Positions 1-10,300 of a stretch of 35,494 nt of DNA are shown piece by piece. The DNA is from Ilumatobacteraceae bacterium. GTDB lineage: Bacteria > Actinomycetota > Acidimicrobiia > Acidimicrobiales > Ilumatobacteraceae. The stretch covers positions 1-35,494 of the forward strand of contig JANMMQ010000056.1 of the NCBI GenBank assembly GCA_031373465.1. Reading direction: 5' to 3'. How positions within the stretch are numbered: the first letter of the stretch is position 1; the number at the start of each line of letters is the position of its first letter. The position numbers were made by a program, and so were the translations under genes. Below the pieces are notes generated by a model. That model was not told the origin of the DNA. It searched no databases and saw only the letters and a list, made by a program, of their open reading frames with translations.

Positions 1-1199
1 CCTTCCTGCGTCGGCCCCACTGGACCGGCTACGACCGTCGATAGCGGTGCAACGTACGGCCACACCTCGAAGAACACGAGGGCACCACCGAACCCGAAGT
101 TGTTGCCGTGATTCATCTGACGACCCTGATCCGTCAGGGAGTAGAACTGACCTTCCAGTGCGTCGGCAGGAATGGTCAGTTCGACGTCTGCTGTTTCACC
201 TGGTCCCACCAACGGCGCGATGAGGGTCTGGGGATCCGTGTAGAGCGAAGCGTTGCGGGCGAGCAGCGTCTGGCGAATCCCCAACATACCCATGGATTTG
301 TCGGTGACACCCGCGTTGACGTAGCGCAGCAACACCTTCTGCCCCGCCGGGACGTCGATGACCGCAGTGTCCGGGAACGACTTGCCGTTGACCAGGTGGT
401 ACACCTTGCGAGGAGTGCCATCGGGGTTCGGCGACTGGCCGAAGTAGCCCATGCCGAAGCTATGCCGCCCGGCCTGGAAGTCGGTTGCGAACTCGAGATC
501 GAGGTCGGTCGTCGCGACGATCGCCTCGTCCACGTATGGAGTTGCTCCGTAAGCACAGGCGTTACATCCAACAGGCGTCACGATCAGAACACCGACAAGG
601 CCCATCGCGATCTGCCGGGGCGCGTCCGCATTGGAGCCTGGCTGGAACACCGATGTGCCGATCATGTCGGCGGTCGTGGTAATGCTGTAGTCGGTGCCAC
701 TCCTGTGCACTGACCCCGCTGGAAGGCTCGGGAACGACAGCTCAGGCATGTCTGCCAGAGCCGGTGCCGAGAAGTGGATGATCAAGTCCGTGCCCGCTGG
801 CACCTTGATCGTCGACGTGTCGCCGCCCGCAAGCGTCACGTCAGACGTAGCGCCAATGTTGACGCCGAAGCCCAGGATCGCCACGTCCTGAGTGCCGAGG
901 GGGTTCGTCACGTCCTTGACCGTCACCGTGCTTGGCCCGGCATACAGGTTGATATCGCACGTCAGTGGTGTGGCGTCGGTCGCACACGTCGTCGCCGCGA
1001 TCGTCGCTGGCCACGTTGGGGCCACGGCCCCCGGCAACAGCCTGTCGCTGAACGTGTCGGCGTGAACTGCAATCGCCCCGCCAGTCAGGCCGGCGATCGC
1101 GATTGCGGCACCGGCCAGCCGCTTCGAGTTGCGCTTGATACCCATGGAAGTGCCTTCCCGCCGAGAGGCTGGTGTTTCTTGAATGGTGGTGTCGTTCAT
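1..1199 (-). CDS. Cupredoxin / multicopper-oxidase-like paralog with no recognisable copper ligands (N-terminal ~400 aa only; continues past the left edge)
   Basis: It is absent from the ORF track because no stop lies in the window. My manual minus-strand translation from ATG 1199 (alternative ATG 1145) stays open to nt 3. It reads MNDTTIQETPASRREGTSMGIKRNSKRLAGAAIAIAGLTGGAIAVHA (signal-like) ... RQIAMGLVGVLIVTP ... YHLVNGKSFPDTAV ... RQMNHGNNFGFGGALVFFEVW. This is collinear with the 1210..2802 product (QVQMGLFGALIIRP, YFMINGRSMPDTVA, NYGITFGGMLTLIKV). The gene starts 10 nt after the upstream stop. Confidence 0.7.
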   Translation of the reverse strand, partial: MNDTTIQETPASRREGTSMGIKRNSKRLAGAAIAIAGLTGGAIAVHADTFSDRLLPGAVAPTWPATIAATTCATDATPLTCDINLYAGPSTVTVKDVTNPLGTQDVAILGFGVNIGATSDVTLAGGDTSTIKVPAGTDLIIHFSAPALADMPELSFPSLPAGSVHRSGTDYSITTTADMIGTSVFQPGSNADAPRQIAMGLVGVLIVTPVGCNACAYGATPYVDEAIVATTDLDLEFATDFQAGRHSFGMGYFGQSPNPDGTPRKVYHLVNGKSFPDTAVIDVPAGQKVLLRYVNAGVTDKSMGMLGIRQTLLARNASLYTDPQTLIAPLVGPGETADVELTIPADALEGQFYSLTDQGRQMNHGNNFGFGGALVFFEVWPYVAPLSTVVAGPVGPTQE

Positions 1200-1209
1200 C
1201 GGTCGGCTC

Positions 1210-2802
1210 TCAATCACAGTTCGTGTTCATCTGGGCCTGGACCGATGCGGGTGGCTCGACCTTGATCAGGGTGAGCATTCCGCCGAACGTGATGCCGTAG
1301 TTGGTCACTTGTGTCAGGTCGTGATTGTGGGCGACGTGGTAATACTCGCCGCACTGCGTCTTGGTGAGGATCCCCGGGTTCAGGATTCCGCTCTCGCCGA
1401 GATAGGGCGAGCCACTCCAGAAGTCACCCTCTTGGAGGTTCAAGCCATTCGGCCATGCGACCGGGACCCGATTGCCGTCCGAGTCTTCGTACCCGACCTC
1501 GTTCGTCCATCGGAAAGTCGCATCCACGGTGGATCCAGGACCCACCATGATGTTGAACTTCTCCTCGGTGTTGTCGTTGCCCGTGCCAGCACCCTTCATC
1601 AGGGCACCGTCCTGCGCGATCACGTGCTCGTGGTTGGAGTGCGGGTGGAAGTCGTAGCCGGCGGTGCCGACAGCGACATAGCGCAACATCGAGTCGAGCG
1701 CGTTGGCGTTCAGTTCCCAGGGACTCACATGGGCCATGGCACCGTACGGCTGCGAAGGAAGCCACGGTGCGTAGTTCGGTGCGACGGTGTCAGGCATGGA
1801 GCGGCCGTTGATCATGAAGTAGTGCGCCTCATAGGCACGGGGGTACGAGTTCCAGTTGAGCAAGTCGACATTGGCCTTGTTCTGCTCCATGAAGGTGTGG
1901 ACGCCAGGATCCATCTCCGACAACATCAAGATGTTCTCGCTCTTCGAATCGCCGTCGTAGATCGCCAGGGGATCGCACCTCGTCGGGTCGTCGAGCCTTG
2001 CATAGGCGCACTTGGCCTTGGCGGCCGCCGCGCTCGCCGCAGCGGGGGTCATCCCGGCGCCACCATTCGTGGTGCCGCTGCCGTCCAGAGGAATCCCAAG
2101 AATGTCGATGTCCTCGATGGCTATCGGCGAACGGCTTCCGTCAGGCAGCTGAACTGAAGGTCGAATGATCAGTGCCCCGAACAAACCCATCTGCACCTGC
2201 AGCTGTGGATCGGAACCGCTCTGATACAGGTACGTGCCCGCGCTGCCTGCGACGAAGCTGTAGCTGATGCTTGCACCGGGGGCAGCCTGTGGCACTAGCG
2301 ACACCAGCTCGCCGGCTGACGCCACTGGACCGACAGGGCCGCTCGTGAAAGTGTCGTCGTACAGGACGCCTGTCTGGCCGGGGAACTGGATCGACGTCGC
2401 GACTGGAAGGAGATTGTGCAGGTTGACCTGGAGTGTGTCACCTTGGTCTGCGCACAGCACAGGCCCGGGCAGTTGGAATGCCCCGGAGGCGTTTCCATTT
2501 CCGTAGCCCCAGTCGTAGATGGCATTGCCGTCGGGCTCGCTGGTGTAGCCGTCGTCAGCGGTGAGGTCGAAGACCCGGTTGCCGGTGGCGTCGAAGCTGC
2601 CCTCGGTGCAAACCATTCCCTCACTCATCGGGCCGCTGGTTGCAGCTTGCGAATGGCCACCGAGCGGCGCGATCGAAGCGCCCGCGGCGCACAATCCTGC
2701 GACGCCGAGCCACACCGCCAACTTCGTCCTACGCCGCCGTGCGACCGTGGGTTCGTTCCCGCTCATCGCGTCCCCGTTCTGAATCATGTTGATGTTGTTC
2801 AT
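1210..2802 (-). CDS. Tat-exported two-cupredoxin multicopper-oxidase-like protein; His-x-His motifs only in the C-terminal domain and no type-1 Cys
   Basis: This is the 3' part of ORF 1210..3150. ATG 2802 gives MNNINMIQNGDAMSGNEPTVARRRRTKLAVWLGVAGLCAAGA (twin-arginine signal-like). The N-domain ligand positions are degenerate (SIQFPGQ; GTYLYQSGSDPQLQVQMGLFG). The C-domain has HPHSNHEH (1624..1647) and YYHVAHNHD...GGM (1321..1338) where HCH would be expected. A GAGG lies about 11 nt upstream of the ATG. Confidence 0.8.
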   Translation of the reverse strand: MNNINMIQNGDAMSGNEPTVARRRRTKLAVWLGVAGLCAAGASIAPLGGHSQAATSGPMSEGMVCTEGSFDATGNRVFDLTADDGYTSEPDGNAIYDWGYGNGNASGAFQLPGPVLCADQGDTLQVNLHNLLPVATSIQFPGQTGVLYDDTFTSGPVGPVASAGELVSLVPQAAPGASISYSFVAGSAGTYLYQSGSDPQLQVQMGLFGALIIRPSVQLPDGSRSPIAIEDIDILGIPLDGSGTTNGGAGMTPAAASAAAAKAKCAYARLDDPTRCDPLAIYDGDSKSENILMLSEMDPGVHTFMEQNKANVDLLNWNSYPRAYEAHYFMINGRSMPDTVAPNYAPWLPSQPYGAMAHVSPWELNANALDSMLRYVAVGTAGYDFHPHSNHEHVIAQDGALMKGAGTGNDNTEEKFNIMVGPGSTVDATFRWTNEVGYEDSDGNRVPVAWPNGLNLQEGDFWSGSPYLGESGILNPGILTKTQCGEYYHVAHNHDLTQVTNYGITFGGMLTLIKVEPPASVQAQMNTNCD

Positions 2803-2815
2803 GTGTCTGCCCGCC

Positions 2816-4372
2816 TCAGCCCGCAACCGGGAATTCGCCGACCCACTCGGGCTCGCCCGCCCAGCCGTTCGGCTTGAGCTGCGGAGCCAGATTCGGGAGA
2901 ACACGCACTTCGCTTCGCTGACCGCCGACCCATGCGTTGGTACCGTCCTCGCTGCCCGTGTAGTGGGACATGCCCCTGTCGTAGAAGGCGTAGGTCCCTT
3001 CCGCAGGAGCCGTGAAGAACACGTCGCGGCTCTCGCCTGGACCAATCTGAATGCTGTCCGTCGCCTTGCGCTGTGCACTCGGCGGTACGTACCGCGAATC
3101 ACGGCCGAGCACGTCGACCTCGAGACCGGGGAACACGATCGTGTGATCAAGGAATCCCAGGTTCGCGAAACGAATCAGGATCCTCTCCCCCGGCGACGCC
3201 TGTACCACCGAGCTCAGCGGGTTGCTGAACAACCGCGAGGCGTCGGTATCGGAGGCAGCCGTCAGGAGGTCTGACTTCATGCCTCCGTGGACCGTGTCTG
3301 CGACCAAACCGCCATCCGTCTGTGCAAAGAGCTGACCCGTGTCGTCGCGTACGCCATTGGGCTCGAGCGTGTCGGGGTACGCACGGCCATTCATCGTCCA
3401 CATGTCCGCGTGGAAGTCTGTCCAGTCCGTGGCTTGGATGTGAGCGTCGCCGAAGTGCGCCCTGGTGTCGATCTCGCTGAGCATGATTGCGTATTCGCGG
3501 TCGTACTTCGTCTCGCCCGTGAGGTCGCCGTCAGCTTGCCCGTATGCCTTGTGCTGTCCGGGCGCTAGCCCAACGGTGTCGGACGGAGACGGCTTGACGA
3601 AGACGATGCCGTGCATGCCCATCGTGACGTGCTCGACGTCTTCGAAGTGGCAGTGGTACATGTACGTGCCGGCGTCCTTCGGGCGGTACACGTAGGTGAA
3701 GTCGTGGCCGATGGCAACGGCGATCGAGCTCTCCGGCACGCCGTCGTAGAACGGGATGGCGTTGCGGAAGCCGTGCCAGTGGAGTGTGTGTCCGTCCACG
3801 AGGTCGGGTCGCAACTGGAGGCCGAGGTTGGTCAGCGTCACCCAGATCTCTTCGCCGACCGTGGAGTAGAAGATCGGAGCGCAGATCTGCGTGCGACCCT
3901 TCTGAGCAGCGACCTGGGACCGGTCGAGGCCCGTCACATTCCGGAAGCAGAAGGCGTAGGTCGTGGTGTTCGCCGGGTCAGCCAGCGGATCAGGGAAGTA
4001 CGGGTCGATGGACGCCGCACCCATGCCTGTTCCGAGAGCACCCGACCAGGGCATCGAGACCCAGCCGTCTGTGCCTGCGAGAGCAAAGTGTCTCACGCCC
4101 AGCGGCGGCGCGCCGACAGCATCGCCGGCTCGTCCGGACGCAGGATCGAGTCCGACCGGCGGCTGGCTGCGGGGTGAGGCCGCAGTGCCGCCCGCGGTGA
4201 TCAGCGCTTTGGCGGCACCCGCCGTGCCGGCCAGCACTGCTGCACCCGTTCCGCCGAGAATGAGGAACTTGCGACGACCAATCAGCCCGCCGACCCTTCC
4301 TTCCTCGTTGTCAGTTCCTGTAGTCACGTCTGTAGTTCCCTTCGTTCCGACCGGGTTGATCCGCCGACTCAT
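2816..4372 (-). CDS. Tat-exported multicopper oxidase family protein; type-1-like site plus four cluster His in the N-terminal cupredoxin domain
   Basis: This is the 3' part of ORF 2816..4600. ATG 4372 overlaps the stop of the giant gene (ATGA at 4369..4372). The N-terminus ...GLIGRRKFLILGGTGAAVLAGTAGAA is Tat-like. HTLHWHG lies at 3770..3790 and YHCHFEDVEHVTMGMHG at 3611..3655. The C-terminal domain (ERILIRFANLGFLDHTIVFPG ... GTYAFYDRGMSHYTG) has no HxH pair. Confidence 0.85.
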   Translation of the reverse strand: MSRRINPVGTKGTTDVTTGTDNEEGRVGGLIGRRKFLILGGTGAAVLAGTAGAAKALITAGGTAASPRSQPPVGLDPASGRAGDAVGAPPLGVRHFALAGTDGWVSMPWSGALGTGMGAASIDPYFPDPLADPANTTTYAFCFRNVTGLDRSQVAAQKGRTQICAPIFYSTVGEEIWVTLTNLGLQLRPDLVDGHTLHWHGFRNAIPFYDGVPESSIAVAIGHDFTYVYRPKDAGTYMYHCHFEDVEHVTMGMHGIVFVKPSPSDTVGLAPGQHKAYGQADGDLTGETKYDREYAIMLSEIDTRAHFGDAHIQATDWTDFHADMWTMNGRAYPDTLEPNGVRDDTGQLFAQTDGGLVADTVHGGMKSDLLTAASDTDASRLFSNPLSSVVQASPGERILIRFANLGFLDHTIVFPGLEVDVLGRDSRYVPPSAQRKATDSIQIGPGESRDVFFTAPAEGTYAFYDRGMSHYTGSEDGTNAWVGGQRSEVRVLPNLAPQLKPNGWAGEPEWVGEFPVAG

Positions 4373-7300
4373 GAGAACGTCACCGCCCTCGTCACCGTGA
4401 GCGTGCCGCTCTGTGTTGCGTTCGGCGGGATGACCGCCGTCGCTGTGCTGTTGACCACGCCGGATGTTCCGGCGGTTCGCTGCGCAGTGATCGTGAACGT
4501 GACGGTTCCGTTGGCAGCCACGTTGATCGTTCGGCTCAACGCCCCGGTCCCCGTCGCTGCTCCCCCGCAGCTGGAGTTCGCTCCGCCTGTGACGGCGCAC
4601 GACCAGCTGTTGAAGTTGACTCCCGGTGGGAGGGGGTTGCTGAGCACAATGCCCGCAATCTGGTCGAGGTTTGCACCGCTGTTGGCGACCCGCACCGCGT
4701 AGGTGTACGTGCCGTTGCCCTGTGGATTGGCCGCATTCGTGGTGTTGGTCAGAACCAGATTGGACCGGGCAACAACGGTGCTCGCCACCGAACTGGCGTT
4801 GTCCGTTGTGACTGTGTCGACGTAGTTCGCAACGGGTCCCAACGTGGCCGACTCGACGATGCTGGACCCGATGGCAGCGCCGTTGGCGACCGCGATCCCC
4901 AGCGGTAGGCCGAAGACAACCGCAGTCGAGTAGGTGAATGTCACCGTGCCGCCGCCGGCGACAGTCAGTGTTCGGTTGATGTTCCCCGCAGCGAGGCCCG
5001 GACCACCACAGTCGCTGCCTGCGCCGACCGCTGAGCAGCCGTACCCGATGAGACCGGTCGTCGCACCAGTGAGAGCGGTGGTCAGCTGGCCCTTCATCGT
5101 CGTCGTGCCGGTGTTGGACACCGTGATCACGTAGGGCAGCACCTGACCACGTGTGACCGACGGCAGTGCAGCGGGGGTGACGAGAACCTTGAGGTTTCCG
5201 CTGACCTGCACTGCAAACACCGCCGATGCCGAGTTGTTGCCGGTGAAGTTGTCAGTGATACCCGAAGTCGGGGCTGGCGCGACCGTGGCGATGTTCGTGA
5301 CCGAGCCGGCCGGGGCGTTGGCGGCCAACGTGCCGGTCAGGACGAAGGTCATGGTGGAACCTGTCGGCAGCAAGACATCCTGGATGAGGTTTCCGGCCGG
5401 GATGCTCGCGGGGCAGGTTGCGCTGCCGGTCGAGGTGCAGCTCCACGTACCGGTGACCGCCGCCGGGGCACCCGGCAGTGTGTCGGCCACCCGGGCAAGG
5501 CCGGCCGCAGGGCCGTAGTTGCTGACTGTGATCGTGTACGTGACCGCGCCGCCCGGGCTTACCGTTGCCGGCGACGCCGTTTTGCTGATGGCGAAGTCCG
5601 CATTGGTGCCCAGTTCGTCGGCGCCGCGGTCGACGTTGCCGATCGGACGATCGTCGGCGTCGATGTCGCGTGGTGGAGCGGTGGCTCCGTCACCGGCATT
5701 GAGTCCGGTGTTGAGAGTGCCATTGACGCCACCGGCGCTCGGCGACAAAAGGTGGTAGTCGGCCAGCAGGGTGATCGGAACCATCTGGGCAACGATCACC
5801 GGGAACGACACGTTGGTGTTGTTGCGCCACATCAAGCTGTCGACCACGAAGTCCTGCGGATGGGCGAAGCCCACACCACCGCCGCTGGCGGCAATCGTGC
5901 CGTCCAAAGTCGGGTTGATGTTGTCCGTCGTGCTCACGTAGCTGAGTGCGGCGCTTCCGGCATGCAACGGTGAACTTGTCGCGTTCGTCGTATTGCCTAT
6001 TCCCGTGAAGGCGAACGGTGCGGCCCCGCCGTTGTTGAGACCGGCCGTCGAGGCGACGCCGATGTCCCAACGCTGAATTTCAGCTCCATTGGTTGGGTCG
6101 CCGATCCCGTGGAGCGCGCTTCCGTTGGATGTCGCCGTCGGCAACTCGGCCCATCCGGCCCGGTTGTCGGCGAAGATGTTGTTCAACAACCTCGGCTTCG
6201 ACCAGTTCGGCGAGTTGGCGGGCATCGGTGGCTGCCCGTTGCAGGTGGCGGCGTTGACGCAGCCTTGCAACTGCACCGAGTTTCCACCTGTCGAGAGGCC
6301 TGCGGGGTTGGCCAGCCTGATGTTGCCGCTGGCAGAGTTGGTGGCCGCGGTCGCCGTGGTGATGTTCTTGACGATGGTGTTGTTCACGAGCGTCACGTTC
6401 GGGGCGTCATCGAGCGCCACACCGCCACCCTCGTGAGTGGACAGGTTGTTGGCGATGATGTTGTTGGACACCATCTCCGGGAAGTTGCCCGCCATCAGGA
6501 ACCTGATGCCACCACCGTCGTCGTTGGACTGGTTGGCAACCAACGTGTTGCTGTCGATGGTGACCGGGCCTGCGCCACGACTCAGTTGAGTGTTGTTGGC
6601 CGGCAGGGCGCCAGCGATCATGATGCCGCCGCCCTCGTCGTAACCCTGGTTGTAGTAGATGCGGTTCCTGGTGATGGCGCCACCGTTCGAGCGGCCGTAG
6701 TGCGAGATCGCCCCGCCGTACTCCGCCGAGAAGTTGCCGCAGAAGTCGTTTCCAGTAACCGTGTAGTTGTCGGCACCGGCAAAGATGCCGAGCGCGCCGG
6801 CCAGGTTCGTGCCGCCGTTGGCAACGATCCTGTTGTTGGCGACGTTGAGGCGTTCGTTGTGGTTGCTCGAGGCATTGGCGTCGCCAGGCAGGTCCGGCGT
6901 CCCGACACGGATCGTGCCGTAGGTGCCGCCGTTCGACTGGATCTGGTTGTTTGTGATCTGGAAGTCACGAACGTACTGATCGAGCATCACGGCGCCGCCC
7001 TGCGCGGGCCCCGGGTTGGTCGGAGCTGCAAGGCCATCGGGGATGCCGCCTGGCAAGGTGTTGATGTTGCCCGGGTTGCCCTGCTGGTCGCCGCCGGTCA
7101 GCAGCAGCCCGTCGAGACCTGCCCGGAAGTTGGTAGAGGGGCTCTGGTTCCCTGGCACGTACTGGTTCTGGGTCTCGGCGATGGCGAGCACGCCCTCACC
7201 CTCGGGAAGTTCGGTTGGGCCGGAACCCTGGCGGGTGAGCGCGGCGGCGAATGTTCGCCAGTCATCGGAGTAGCTGCCGTCCGATGTGTTTTGGTTGCCT

Positions 7301-10300
7301 CCTGACGGAACGACCTGAGTGGCCGACCAGTACTGCGATGCGTCGATGTTCGTGCCCGGAGCGACGTTCGTGGGAGTGATGGCCCCGCCGGGACCAACGC
7401 CTTGCAGCTTGATCTTGCTGTGCAGTACGACGTTCTCGAAGTACGCCGCCAACGGATTGTGTGCCGCGTAGTTCGGCGCCGTGTTCGGGTAGATCACGAT
7501 GAGCTGCGGCCGGGCGTTGCTCCTGTTGCCGGCGTCCTGGCGGGCACGCTCGATGGCCCGTTGGATCGCACGTCCACCGCTGACTGGTGTTCCGACCACT
7601 TCCGAGCCGATCGGCTTTGCGTTTCCGCTGAAACCAGCAGGAGTGTCCGTTGCGGTGTCCCAGGCGTCCATCTGCGGTGTGAAGACGCGGATGCCGACGC
7701 TGTTCGTGCCATCCGTCGTCGGCTCAGGACGAACCTCGTAGACATCACGGCGCTGGAGGTACGCCGAGCCGTTGGCCGACCCCGGCGACAGCACGTGGAA
7801 CGTGAGGCCATTGACGGTGTTGAGGCCATTAGCGTGGACGCTTAGCTGGTATGCACCGGGAGAATTCACCACCGATGCAGGTACGGTAAAAATGATCTCG
7901 TTCTCGGTCGAGGTTGTGGACACAGCTGTCGAGGTGTTACCGAGCGTCAACGTCGTCGTGGCCGAGGCACCGAACCCGCTTCCCCGAATTCTGTAGGTAT
8001 GGCCACTGTCGCCACCGGAGTTCGGGTCGTAATAGGGCTTGTCGATCGAGAAGAGCACAGCGTTCTTCACGTCGAGCTTGCACAGGCTCAGCGCACCGAA
8101 CTGCGCCGCCGGACCCTCGATCGTGATCCCGTTGTGTGTCGGAGCCTGGTCAACGGGATGCACTACACCCGGCCATGCCTGGAACTCAGTCGCAATGGTT
8201 CGGAACTGCGGGTTGTAGTCGAGGTTGCGGTGCGCCGAAGTGCCGGGGTCGTTCCCGACGAGGCGGTACACGTTTGGACAAGGACCGGCCGGCAGCGGGC
8301 AGTTGTATGTCCCCGTCGATGGCAGCAGGATCTCGTAGAAACCGTTGACGTCGCTGTGCGCTGTCAACTTCCAGTTGCCATTCTCGTCGTAGACGCCGAC
8401 AGGAACATTGGAGGCCGGGGCCACCTCACCGAACATGGTGCTGCGACGGTCGGTCTGCACGTTGAGGTCGTCGTTGACCAATCCGTAAAACTTCGATGGC
8501 AGCGGCACCTCGGTGTACATGAAGAAGCCGGCCGGCATCGAGCGGCCACCGGCGACTGTCACGACCTTGGCATCGCAGACCGGAACGGTGCGTCCGGCGT
8601 ACGGGTTGCCGCCGGCATCATTGAGGTCTGGGTTGATGGCACCTTGGCCGGTTCCCGAGCCCACGGGGCCGATGGGTGGCACCGTGAAGGTCGAGCCAGC
8701 GCACAGCGCTACGGTTCCTGCGCCCAGCGAGTTGCGATCATAGCGGATCGGCGCGCTCGGTGTGACCTGCAGGCCGTAGCCACCTGCGGCTCCCGCCGCA
8801 GGGCCGGAGAAACCCTGTTGCGGAACGTAGCTGTCGCCGCTCATCACGTTGATGGCCGTCTCGTCCGTGAACCGGAACAGCCGGTTCGGGTTACTGCCGT
8901 CGATGTAGCCGCCGACGTTCGTGTCGGGAACGCTCTTCACGTTGATCGTGTCAACCGGGTTGACGGCCTCCACGACGTAGTCTCCCGATGTCAGGGCAGT
9001 CGACTGGGTCGGGTTGTTCTGGGCGTCGGCGTAGACCGACTCGAGATCGGTGCCGGCAGGAACCTGCAGCGTCGTCGGATCGATCAGGCTCGTCAGCGCG
9101 TAGTTGCCGTCGACCGTGCCCTCGCCGCCGATCTGCACACCACTCATCGGGGCTTCGATGCACTCGGGGTTGTTGGTATCGGTGTGCGAGGGATCCGCTG
9201 TGACCGGCGAGTCCGGCAGAGCAAGCTCGCCGGCGAGCGGATTACCGTTGACATCTAGCGCGGTGCAGCCAGTGGGTCGAGTCCAGCTCTCCGTGACGTA
9301 GTAGTCGTAGGGCAGACACGGCTGGCTCTCGGTCACGGCGTTGGTGCCGCGCGACATGTCAGGACGCAGGCACTCGTTGCCATTCGGTTGGATGCCCCAC
9401 TGTTGGACGGCGCCGCTGTTCCCGGCAGCGCCGTTGTAGGTGTCGACGTGGACGCCGTCGGACTTGTGGGTCTTCCACAGCTGCATCGAGATGCCCGGGA
9501 CGCCCGGCTGGTAGTCCTCTTGCGCCGAGAAAGCTGGATCGAACTCGTTGCGTGTGACGTCGTACGTGACGGTTCCGACGATTCCGCCGTTCTCGTCCCT
9601 CGGCGCAGTGCCAAGAGCCCCGCCGGACCAGTAGTCGTCGCCCGTGCCGTACGCCTGGACGCCCCAGTCCAAGTGCGCCGACAGACCAATGACGGGGAGG
9701 AAGTCGACGTCTACCTGTGCCGACAACACGGTCTTGGGTGTCAGGTCGTTGTCGGTGTAATAGGTGAAGCCGGTGTTCTTGTAGCGAGGGTTGTAGGCCT
9801 CGGCGATGAGGAACTGGCCCAAGGGATAACCCTGACTGAGGTCGTACTCGCCCTCGTCGTTCGTGACGGCGACATTGGCGCCCTGGTCTTGGACCGAGTT
9901 GCCGCGGGTGCGCTCGGACAACCCGAAATCAGGGATGCCGGGCTCGAGTTGGCCGTTGGGACCAAGGTCGCGCTTACCGTTGCCGTTGAGGTCGTTGAAG
10001 ACGACGCCACGGAGATCGGTGAACCAACCCGGCAGCAGAATGTCTCCGGCGTCGTTGGTGTTGTCGACCTGCGGCGTTGGGGTCGAATCGGCAGTCGTCG
10101 GTGCTGCGTCTTGCCTGCGGACCCGGACGGTCAATCCGTTGCTGCTGACGTTGGTCACCACGAACATGCCGTTCCAGGTTGGGTTGCCTGCGCCGACCAG
10201 AGGGATGGTCGCACCGACAGCGAGACCGGAGGCAACGGCAAAGTTCAGGGTCAGCTGACCGGCGTTGGCACCAGTGCCAATTCGGGTCGCACTCGTGATC

